From positions 1,392,196 to 1,456,195 of the forward strand of contig OZ253580.1 in assembly GCA_965263035.1 (NCBI GenBank): a stretch of DNA of 64,000 nt, in the 5' to 3' direction. Position numbers and translations under genes: made by a program. The DNA is from Acidobacteriota bacterium (lineage in GTDB: Bacteria; Acidobacteriota; UBA6911; RPQK01; JAJDTT01). This document shows, piece by piece, positions 56,529-64,000 of the stretch. Position 1 is the stretch's first letter. Each line of letters begins with the position of its first letter. The notes below the pieces were generated by a model that was given only the letters and a program-made list of their open reading frames with translations, was not told the origin of the DNA and ran no database searches.

Positions 56529-56834
56529 ATGGGAGATACGCGGCGAGTCCAAGTGACGCTCGATGCGAGGGGATACGCGGCGGTGTCGCGGATTGCACGA
56601 CGCGAAGGGAAGAAGCTGGCCGCAGTCGTGCGGGAGGCCGTCGAGCAGTACTGCGTTCTGCCGGAGGCGCGGCAACGGCGACTGGAGGCCATCGACAGGC
56701 TGTACGCGACGGGGGCGGTCCCAGCGCCAGAATCGCTGCCGGAGTGGGAACGCCAGTACAGTCGGCTGAAGGTCGGCCTGGCTACCGACTGTCTCCACAC
56801 CACCGAAGGTCCGGGAAGTCACGAGGACAGTTGA
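56529..56834 (+). CDS. Ribbon-helix-helix (CopG/VapB-like) antitoxin.
   Basis: ~100 aa. The N-terminal RRVQVTLDARGYAAVSRIARREG is RHH-like. Its stop overlaps the start of the PIN gene (TTGA). Confidence 0.6.
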   Translation: MGDTRRVQVTLDARGYAAVSRIARREGKKLAAVVREAVEQYCVLPEARQRRLEAIDRLYATGAVPAPESLPEWERQYSRLKVGLATDCLHTTEGPGSHEDS

Positions 56835-57259
56835 CGAGCGTGCGTGATTCACTGTTCGTGGACGCCAACGTGTTCATGTACCTCGCGGGCGGTGATGCCC
56901 TGTACCGGGAGGCCTGCCGACGGGCTCTGTTGGCCGCGACTGAGCAGGGGACCATGTTGATCACCAGCACAGAAGTACTGCAGGAGATCCTCCATTACCA
57001 TGTCGCCCGAAGGCGGCCCGAAAACGCCCGGACCGTGTACCGGGCAGTGACAGACATCTGCGACGAGATCCTGCCGGTGACGGAACACCAAACGGCCCGT
57101 GCGCTCGAACTGCTGGTGCGGCATCCCGGGTTGCCGGCACGAGACGCCCTGCACGTCGCGACGATGGAGGTCCACGGCGTCGAGCGGCTGCTGTCGGCAG
57201 ACCGGCACTTCGATCAGATCGACACCGTCACGCGTGTCGACCCGCTCGCCCCCCCTTGA
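56831..57259 (+). CDS. vapC: PIN-domain toxin (VapC-like).
   Basis: LFVDANVFMY N-terminal Asp, conserved acidic residues (TSTEVLQE, DALHVA) and ~140 aa. It is the 3' part of a longer track ORF in the same frame. Confidence 0.65.
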   Translation: MTSVRDSLFVDANVFMYLAGGDALYREACRRALLAATEQGTMLITSTEVLQEILHYHVARRRPENARTVYRAVTDICDEILPVTEHQTARALELLVRHPGLPARDALHVATMEVHGVERLLSADRHFDQIDTVTRVDPLAPP

Positions 57260-57533
57260 TCCTCCGCCTGCACTGGACGACAAACAGGCGGAGAATGAGA
57301 CCGCCGTCATGCTGCAGGACATGACGGCGAGTTGATCTCCGGGCGCGTGCGCCTCGGGCACGCGAGATCCCAGCCGAGCGGTTCGAGCCGGATTGAACAC
57401 GCAGAGTGGCAGCCTCTCTGGCACAGACTGCGCTGGGCGCGCCCTCGCCGGTGTTTTCGCCGTTTGCCGGCGCCTCGCTCAAGGGGATGGCGGAGCGACG
57501 GCTTCGGCGGCCTGGGCGAATCAGGAACAAACT

Positions 57534-57559
57534 GTCGGCACTTGTTTTTATGTGCCGAC
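57534..57559 (+). promoter_or_regulatory. Inverted repeat, candidate AbiEi operator upstream of abiEi.
   Basis: GTCGGCAC-ttgtttttat-GTGCCGAC, a perfect 8-bp arm IR 20 bp upstream of the abiEi ATG. AbiEi antitoxins are known to autoregulate via promoter inverted repeats. Confidence 0.4.
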
Positions 57560-57580
57560 AATCATTACGATTCTTTCATG

Positions 57581-58180
57581 ACTGAACTCACTGCTGCCGC
57601 GCTCGAAGAAGCCGGCATTGGAGCCTTTTTCCGGCCGCGAGACATTGAGGCGCTCGGTGTCCCGTACCGTCGCCTCCGCGGACTCGTTGCGGCCGGTGCC
57701 GTGGAGAACCTCGGCGGCGGCCTTTACCGGCTGGCCGAGGTCGAGCCGACCGAGCTGGAAACGGTCGCCATGGTGGCTGCTGCCGTGCCGCACGCGATCG
57801 TCTGCCTGATGACCGCGCTCCGCGTCCACCAGATCGGAACCGAGTCCCCTCACGAGGTCTGGATAGCCATCAACCGCAAGGCGCGCCGGCCCACCCGAGT
57901 GCCGGCGCAGATTCGCGTCGTCTGGTTCTCGAAGGCGATGCTCACATACGGGGTCGTGCGCCGCCCGATGCTCGGCGTGCCGGTTGCGATCACATCGCCG
58001 GCCCGGACGGTCGTCGACTGCTTCCGGTACCGCAACAAGTTCGGCCTCGACACCGCGCTGGAGGCGCTCCGGGACGTGCTGCGCCAACGGCTCGCCACCG
58101 TGGATGAGATCATGCGCGCAGCCAGCGTCTGCCGGGCTCGCACGGTCCTGCAGCCCTACATGGAAGCGGTTCTGTCGTGA
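57581..58180 (+). CDS. abiEi: AbiEi-family type IV antitoxin / transcriptional regulator.
   Basis: ~200 aa. N-terminal winged-helix region (FFRPRDIEALGVPYRRLRGLVAAGAVENLGGGLYRL) typical of AbiEi/COG5340. 4-bp overlap with abiEii. Confidence 0.7.
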   Translation, partial: TELTAAALEEAGIGAFFRPRDIEALGVPYRRLRGLVAAGAVENLGGGLYRLAEVEPTELETVAMVAAAVPHAIVCLMTALRVHQIGTESPHEVWIAINRKARRPTRVPAQIRVVWFSKAMLTYGVVRRPMLGVPVAITSPARTVVDCFRYRNKFGLDTALEALRDVLRQRLATVDEIMRAASVCRARTVLQPYMEAVLS

Positions 58181-59127
58181 CGAGACGCCATCTCAAGAAC
58201 GTCGCGGCGTCCGTCCGTGCCCGGCTGCTCGCCCGCAGTCGCGAAACCGGCGAGGATTTCCAGTTTCTCCTGTGGAGGTACGTGGTCGAACGATTCCTTT
58301 TCCGTCTTAGCCATTCCCCCTACCGTGATCGCTTCGTTCTGAAAGGGGCCATGCTCTTCGCTCTCTGGAACGAGGCGTTCCACCGGCAGACCCAGGACAT
58401 TGACTTCGCCGCCTACGGCGACTCGGAAACCGACGACTTTGTGACGGAGTTGCAGCAAGTTTGCTGTACCGGCGTTGACGACGACGGCGTTGTCTTCCAC
58501 GCCGACCAGATCAGCAGCAGCACAATCCGCGGCACAACGGACAAGGGCGGCACCCGCTACCGCTTCCCGGCGACCGTTGGCGGAGCCCGCATAACCGTGC
58601 AGGTCGACATCGGCGTCGGCGACTCGATTCAGCCACCGCCGGAGGATGCCGAATTCCCGACGCTGCTCGACACCGCCCCGTGCCACGTTCGTGCGTATCC
58701 GAAGGAAGCGGTCGTCTCCGAGAAGTTCCACGCTACGGTCGCACACGGTGAGCGGACGAGCCGCTACAAGGACTTCTTCGACCTGTACGAATTGGCTCGG
58801 TGCTTCCGCTTCGACGGCGTGCGACTCGTGCAGGCCCTTGTCGCGACTTTCGAGAGCCGTAGTTCACCGACCGAAGCGGTCCCGCTCTCCCTGACCAGCG
58901 GCTTCTATACAGACACGGCGCGAGGCGAACGCTGGCGGGCCTATCTGACCAAGCGCGGGCGCCTGCCGGCGCCCATGGACTTCGGTGCTGTCGGTGAACT
59001 CGTCACGCTCTTCCTGGCACCGCCGTGGCGCGCCCTGTTACGTAGGGACCGATTTATAGCCGCGTGGCCTGCCGGCGGGCCGTGGCGGCCCGGGATTCGG
59101 GCCCGGACGGGAGGTGAAGGACTGTGA
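58177..59127 (+). CDS. abiEii: AbiEii/AbiGii-family nucleotidyltransferase toxin (DUF1814).
   Basis: N-terminal MTRRHLKNVAASVRARLL...FQFLLWRYVVERFLFRL and the NTase motif KGAMLF...DIDFA. Confidence 0.75.
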   Translation: MTRRHLKNVAASVRARLLARSRETGEDFQFLLWRYVVERFLFRLSHSPYRDRFVLKGAMLFALWNEAFHRQTQDIDFAAYGDSETDDFVTELQQVCCTGVDDDGVVFHADQISSSTIRGTTDKGGTRYRFPATVGGARITVQVDIGVGDSIQPPPEDAEFPTLLDTAPCHVRAYPKEAVVSEKFHATVAHGERTSRYKDFFDLYELARCFRFDGVRLVQALVATFESRSSPTEAVPLSLTSGFYTDTARGERWRAYLTKRGRLPAPMDFGAVGELVTLFLAPPWRALLRRDRFIAAWPAGGPWRPGIRARTGGEGL

Positions 59128-59261
59128 CCGAAGGAACCGATCGGAAGGAGGAGGCGCGGCCGCGGCGTTTTCGGCCGTACCCTGAGTACAGTGACTCCGG
59201 TATCGAGTCGCTGGGCGAAATTCCGGCACATTGGGACGTGAGACGGCTCAAGACCCTAGCC
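59124..59261 (+). pseudogene. hsdS: Type I R-M specificity subunit HsdS, 5' fragment (gene split by IS copy 4).
   Basis: Encodes VTEGTDRKEEARPRRFRPYPEYSDSGIESLGEIPAHWDVRRLKTLA. IPAHWDVRRLK is HsdS N-terminus-like. The frame is broken by the IS at 59262. Confidence 0.7.
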
Positions 59262-61723
59262 CTGCCCTATACCCACAAATAGTGCTGGACAAACAAGAAT
59301 GCCTGTCGTAGTCTTCACGACATGGTAGTTCAGAACCAGATCAAGCGCACCTTGAGCCGAGAGTTGGATCGTTTGCACGCCGTGATGAGGCGGGAGAAGT
59401 TCGCCCACCGGACGGCGCTGGCGGACCGGGTCTGCTCGGAGTTTGGATTTCACGATGCCCGAGGGCGGGCGCAACGGAGCGGCTGCCTGAAGGCGCTCCG
59501 GGAGTTGGAGGCGCGCGGACGGATTCGTCTGCCGACGCCGCGACGGCGGGTGAAACATTGCGGGCCCCGAGGACTGGGCCGTGCGGTGCCGGAGCCGGTC
59601 GGGGTGCCCGAGACGGTGGACGGCGTGCGGGAGCTGGAGTTGATTCTGGTGGAGACGGGTCCGCAACGAGCGCTCTGGAACGAGTTGATGGCGCGAGAGC
59701 ATCCACGGGGCGCGGGGCCGTTGGTGGGTGCTCAACTACGCTATCTGGTGGGCTCGGCCCACGGCTGGCTGGGGGGCTTGGGGTTCGGGGCGGCGGCGTT
59801 GCGGTTGCGGGACCGGGACCGCTGGATCGGATGGGATGAGGAACAACGCCGGGCGCACCTGCACCGGGTGGTGGGGCTGAGCCGGTTTCTGATCCGTCCG
59901 TCAGTGAGGTGTCGTAATCTGGCCTCCCGGGTGCTGGGGGAGGTGTTGCGGCGGCTGGGTCCGGAGTTCCAGGCGCGCTACGGCTACCGTCCCTGGCTGG
60001 TGGAGACCTTCGTGGAGACGGCTCGCCACGATGGGGCCAGTTTGCGCGCCACGAACTGGAGGGTTCTGGGGCAGACGCAGGGTCGAGGCCGGCAAGATCG
60101 GGCGCACCGGGGTGCGGAGACGAGCAAGGCGATCTATGGGTATGAGTTGTGCCGGGATTGGCGGCGGCGGTTGGGGGTGGGACCGGCGCCGAGGCGGGGA
60201 GTGGAACCGATGTCGGAGGGCGAGGGACTGGAGGGAGCGGGCTGGGCTCAGCAGGAGTTGGGCGGGGCGCCGCTGGGAGACCGGCGCTTGAGTCGGCGAC
60301 TGGTGGAGAGTGCGCACCGACAGGCGCAGGAGCCGGGGCGGGCGTTCACGGGAGTGGCGCGGGGGGATTCTGCGGCGGTCAAGGGATACTACCGGCTGAT
60401 CGACCAGCCGGAAGCCTCGGCGGTGACGGTGTCCAACATCCTGGCCCCGCACCGGGAGCGGACCCGGCAGCGGATGCAGGGGCAGCGGACGGTGCTGTGC
60501 ATCCAGGACGGGAGCGATCTGAACTTCACGCGGCACGGCCGGTGTGAGGGACTGGGAGTGATCGGGCGCAACCAGACGGGAGCGACGGCGCGGGGACTGC
60601 ATCTGCACGCGACGCTGGTGGTGAGTGAGACGGGGCTGCCGCTGGGGGTGTTGCGGGCGAAGCTGGACGCGCCGAAGCCGGGACCGGTGGCCACGCGGAA
60701 AAAGAAGAAGACGTATCGCTGGATCGAGGGACTTCGGGACTGCGCCGAGGTGTCGCGGTCCCTCGACGGGGTGCGGGTGGTCAGCGTGGTGGACCGGGAG
60801 GCGGATTTTTTCGCACTGTTCGCCGAGCAACGAGCGTCTCCGGAGGTGGAGTTGCTGGTGCGTGCGAAGCAGGATCGGGTGCTGAAGAGGAAGACCCCGG
60901 CGAAGGCGGCCGGGAAAAGCGCGGATCCGGACCCGGAGCAGAAGCGGAAGCTGTTCGGGCGCCTGCGATCGGCGCCGGTGCGGGCCCGGATGCTGCTGGA
61001 GGTGAAGCGTCAGAGTGCGCGGATCAAGGCCAGCAAGCAGGCGGCCCGCCCGCGGCGGCTGGCGCGGGTGGCTCGGATGGAACTGCGCTACGAGACCCTG
61101 ACGATTCCGGCGCCGCGCGGGAACCCAACCGGCATCCCGTCGCTGAGACTGTCGGTGGTGCACGCGCGGGAGGTCGCGCCGCCGGCGCAGGGGAAGCGCC
61201 TGGAATGGTTCCTGCTCACCACCCTGCCGGTGACCGATGTCGAGACGGCGCAGCAACTGCTGAGATGGTATGCGCTGCGCTGGCGGGTGGAGGATTATTT
61301 CCGGGTGCTCAAGACCGGATGCCGGGTACAACAGCTCCAGCACCAAACCGCCGAACGTCTGAAACGGGCCATCGCCATGCACGCCGTCATCGCCTGGCGG
61401 ATCATGCTGATGACGCTGTTGGGGCGAGAGGACCCGGACCTGCCGGCGCAATTGTTGTTTTCCGATCTGGAAATCCGGGTCCTGGGGGCGTTTGCCGCGT
61501 CGCGAGGATTCCCAGCGCCGGAAGACCTGGGGGCGGCCGTGCTCGTGCTGGCCCGCCTGGGAGGATATCTGGCTCGTAAACACGACTCCCCACCTGGGCA
61601 TCAACTGATGTGGCAGGGCTACGTCACGCTCTACGGCATGTGTCTGGGCTTCGCTTTACGAGAAGAAACATGAATGAAACCGGACGGCTAATTTGCCCTG
61701 TGCAATATGTGGGTAAAGGGCAG
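59262..61723 (+). mobile_element. IS4/Tn5-like insertion sequence, copy 4, inserted in hsdS.
   Basis: 8-bp TSD CCCTAGCC at 59254-59261 and 61724-61731. Confidence 0.9.
59322..61673 (+). CDS. Fusion transposase, copy 4.
   Basis: 783 aa. All DDE residues are intact. Confidence 0.85.
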   Translation: MVVQNQIKRTLSRELDRLHAVMRREKFAHRTALADRVCSEFGFHDARGRAQRSGCLKALRELEARGRIRLPTPRRRVKHCGPRGLGRAVPEPVGVPETVDGVRELELILVETGPQRALWNELMAREHPRGAGPLVGAQLRYLVGSAHGWLGGLGFGAAALRLRDRDRWIGWDEEQRRAHLHRVVGLSRFLIRPSVRCRNLASRVLGEVLRRLGPEFQARYGYRPWLVETFVETARHDGASLRATNWRVLGQTQGRGRQDRAHRGAETSKAIYGYELCRDWRRRLGVGPAPRRGVEPMSEGEGLEGAGWAQQELGGAPLGDRRLSRRLVESAHRQAQEPGRAFTGVARGDSAAVKGYYRLIDQPEASAVTVSNILAPHRERTRQRMQGQRTVLCIQDGSDLNFTRHGRCEGLGVIGRNQTGATARGLHLHATLVVSETGLPLGVLRAKLDAPKPGPVATRKKKKTYRWIEGLRDCAEVSRSLDGVRVVSVVDREADFFALFAEQRASPEVELLVRAKQDRVLKRKTPAKAAGKSADPDPEQKRKLFGRLRSAPVRARMLLEVKRQSARIKASKQAARPRRLARVARMELRYETLTIPAPRGNPTGIPSLRLSVVHAREVAPPAQGKRLEWFLLTTLPVTDVETAQQLLRWYALRWRVEDYFRVLKTGCRVQQLQHQTAERLKRAIAMHAVIAWRIMLMTLLGREDPDLPAQLLFSDLEIRVLGAFAASRGFPAPEDLGAAVLVLARLGGYLARKHDSPPGHQLMWQGYVTLYGMCLGFALREET

Positions 61724-61731
61724 CCCTAGCC

Positions 61732-62970
61732 TCGGTGCAACTGAGCAATGTCGACAAGAAAACCGTAGAAGGCCAAGCTCCCGTAAAACTCTGCAACTAC
61801 GTCGACGTTTACTACAATGACTTCATCACCGCCGGGCTCGAATTCATGAACGCAACCGCCACACCCGAACAGGTGCGGCGATTCATGCTCCGGGGCGGCG
61901 ATGTTTTGATCACCAAGGACTCGGAATCCTGGAATGACATAGCAGTCCCCGCTGTCGTGGTCGAAGAACTGACGGATGTCCTGTGTGGATACCACCTGGC
62001 ACAAATCAGGCCGCGATCAGGTCTTGATGGGCGGTTTCTTGCCCGCCAATTCTCGGCGATTGGCACCCGGGACCAGTTCCATCTTGCGGCCAACGGAATA
62101 ACACGGTTCGGCTTGGGTGGAGATGCAATCCGTAGCGGTCTGTTTCCGATCGCGCCGATCGAGGAACAACAAGTCATCGCTGACTTCCTTGACCGCGAGA
62201 CGGCGAAGATCGATGCGTTGGTGGAGCAGAAGGAGCGGCTGGTTGAGTTGCTTCAGGAGAAGCGCAGCGCTTTCATCGCCCGTGCCGTCACCCGGGGCCT
62301 CGACCCGAACGTCCCCATGAAGGACTCCGGCGTCGAGTGGCTGGGCGAGATCCCGACACACTGGAAGCTTAAGCCGCTCAAGCGTCTTCTAAGCCGAAGT
62401 GACTATGGAATATCGGAGAGCTTGGGAGTAGGAGGTGATATCCGGGTTCTAACTATGGCGCACATTCAAAATGGCGAGGTTGTATTGCCCCATGATGGCA
62501 GCATCAGTGAAATCGACCGGTCAATGAGGCTTGAGTCCGGCGACCTTCTGTTCAACAGAACCAACAGCCGTGAGCTCGTAGGTAAGGTCGGTATATTTCG
62601 TGGCAACCACGATGATTGCGTGACCTTTGCATCGTACCTTGTAAGGTTAACCCCGCGTCAGCACGTCGAACCCGAATGGCTAAACTACCTGCTCAACTCC
62701 ACTGGCGTTCTTGGAATGGCGCGAAGCATGGCATTACTTAGTGTAAACCAAGCCAATCTCAACCCAACCAAGCACCAGCAAATTATCATACCTGTGCCCG
62801 CACCCGCTGAACAGCGAACCATCGCAGGTTTCTTACGCGGGGAGACCGCGAAGATCGATTCCCTCATCGTCAAGATCCGGCAAGCAATCAGCTACCTCCA
62901 CGAATTTCGCACCGCTCTTATCTCCGCGGCGGTCACCGGCAAGATTGATGTCCGGGAGGAAGCGTCATGA
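61732..62970 (+). pseudogene. hsdS: HsdS, 3' fragment (both target-recognition domains).
   Basis: Continues in frame from the 5' fragment once the IS and one TSD copy are removed (...LKTLA|SVQLSNVDKK...). It contains the conserved HsdS coiled-coil repeats LDRETAKIDALVEQKERLVELLQEKRSAFI and LRGETAKIDSLIVKIRQAISYLHEFRTALISAAVTGKIDV. Confidence 0.75.
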
Positions 62971-64000
62971 GCCCCGAGGTATCTGAGCGAGCCTTCGAAG
63001 AGGCGATCGAGTGTTCGCTACTTCGAGATGGTCCGGACGCCTGCCCGGGCGACGCGATGACAGTGAGGGAATCGCCACGGGCATACGGTGCCGAGCCGGT
63101 GCCAGGCGGCTACCACAGACGGCGTCCGGAGGACTTCGACCGCAGGCTCTGCCTGATCACGGCCGACGTTGTCGACTTCCTCCTCGCCACCCAGCCGAAG
63201 GAGTGGGAGAAGCTCAAGCAGCACCACGGTGCCGACGTGAAGCCCCGCTTCCTGGGCCGGCTCTCGCGTGAGATCACCCGGCGGGGGGCGCTCGACGTGT
63301 TGCGCAACGGCGTCAAGGACTCGGGCTGCAAGTTCCGGATGGCGTACTTCCGGCCGGCGAGCGGGCTCAACGAGGAATTGCAGCGCCTGCACGGGGCCAA
63401 CCTCTTCGCTGTTGTGCGCCAGCTCCGCTTCAGCGAGAAGACTGAGCAGAGTGTCGATCTCGCCCTCTTCCTGAACGGCATCCCCGTCTTCACGGCCGAG
63501 CTCAAGAACCCGCTCAACGGGCAGGATGTCGAGGACGCAATCCGGCAGTACAAGCACGACCGGGACCCTCGCGAGCCGCTCTTCGGCTACGGACGCTGCC
63601 TCGCCCATTTCGCCGTGGACCCGGAGCAGGTGTTCGTGACGACCCAACTCGCCGGGCCCAGGACCCGGTTCCTGCCATTCAACCAGGGACGCTTCGGCGG
63701 TGCGGGGAATCCTCCGATCCCGCCCACTCGTACGGGCTTCCCGACCGACTACCTGTGGGAGCGGATCTGGGCCCGCGACAGCGTCCTCGATCTCGTCCGG
63801 CAGTTCATCCACGAGGTCGAGGTGGAGGACGACCGCGGGCGCAGAACCGGCAAGCGGATCCTGATCTTCCCGCGTTTCCAGCAGCTCGCCTGCGTGCGCC
63901 GGCTCGTGCGTCACGCACGCAACCACGGCGCCGGTGAGCGCTACCTGATCCAGCATTCTGCCGGCAGCGGCAAGAGCTTCACCATCGCCTGGCTCGCCCA
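62967..64000 (+). CDS. hsdR: Type I restriction enzyme R subunit HsdR, 3' partial (runs off window).
   Basis: The ATG at 62967 overlaps the hsdS stop. The frame is open to the window end. HsdR N-terminal nuclease region (FLNGIPVFTAELKNPLNGQDVEDAIRQY) and helicase motif I (HSAGSGKSFTIAWLA). It is not in the ORF track because it has no stop in the window. Confidence 0.75.
   Translation, partial: MSPEVSERAFEEAIECSLLRDGPDACPGDAMTVRESPRAYGAEPVPGGYHRRRPEDFDRRLCLITADVVDFLLATQPKEWEKLKQHHGADVKPRFLGRLSREITRRGALDVLRNGVKDSGCKFRMAYFRPASGLNEELQRLHGANLFAVVRQLRFSEKTEQSVDLALFLNGIPVFTAELKNPLNGQDVEDAIRQYKHDRDPREPLFGYGRCLAHFAVDPEQVFVTTQLAGPRTRFLPFNQGRFGGAGNPPIPPTRTGFPTDYLWERIWARDSVLDLVRQFIHEVEVEDDRGRRTGKRILIFPRFQQLACVRRLVRHARNHGAGERYLIQHSAGSGKSFTIAWLA

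Noticed and set aside
56225-57259. 344-aa plus-strand ORF spanning the hsdM end through the PIN gene.
   Set aside because: Only the last ~140 aa (PIN domain, from the TTG at 56831) look real. The upstream part runs through the RHH antitoxin gene in another frame and is Arg/Ser-rich.
63018-63956. 312-aa minus-strand ORF.
   Set aside because: It is antisense to the hsdR N-terminal region, which shows the HsdR nuclease block and helicase motif I (SGSGKS).
1-64000. CRISPR arrays, rRNA or tRNA genes.
   Set aside because: No short regularly spaced direct repeats, no rRNA-like conserved stretches and no cloverleaf-like tRNA candidates were recognised by eye. A tRNAscan/Infernal run would be needed to be certain about small RNAs.

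Overview
This is a high-GC (~65%) bacterial chromosomal segment. The gene content (bshB/bshC bacillithiol genes, an isolated nuoJKLMN complex-I block, a ThiS-ThiG fusion, a type III PKS) fits a Gram-negative soil lineage such as Acidobacteriota, but that lineage call is inference only. Most of the window is housekeeping or metabolic genes. Interrupting them are the elements worth attention. (1) Four nearly identical copies of a 2.46-kb IS4/Tn5-like insertion sequence. Its single 783-aa ORF fuses a ~300-aa non-transposase N-terminal domain (from memory DUF4338/DruA-like) to a complete Tn5-type DDE transposase. Every copy is flanked by an 8-bp target-site duplication centred on CTAG. (2) Three copies of an unrelated ~165-bp MITE, also bounded by CTAG and nested end-to-end with IS copies. 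(3) A defence island: type I R-M (hsdM ... hsdS-hsdR) with a VapBC-like pair and an AbiEi/AbiEii pair inserted between hsdM and hsdS, and hsdS itself split by IS copy 4. (4) A four-gene minus-strand operon joining a phytol-kinase-like (CTP-transferase family) + DUF92 fusion to a UbiA prenyltransferase, an NAD-dependent SDR and an alkaline-phosphatase-family protein. (5) A TnpB relic that has lost its RuvC core in frame. No rRNA, tRNA or CRISPR array was recognised. Many long ORFs in the six-frame track are antisense artefacts of high GC and are not reported as genes.
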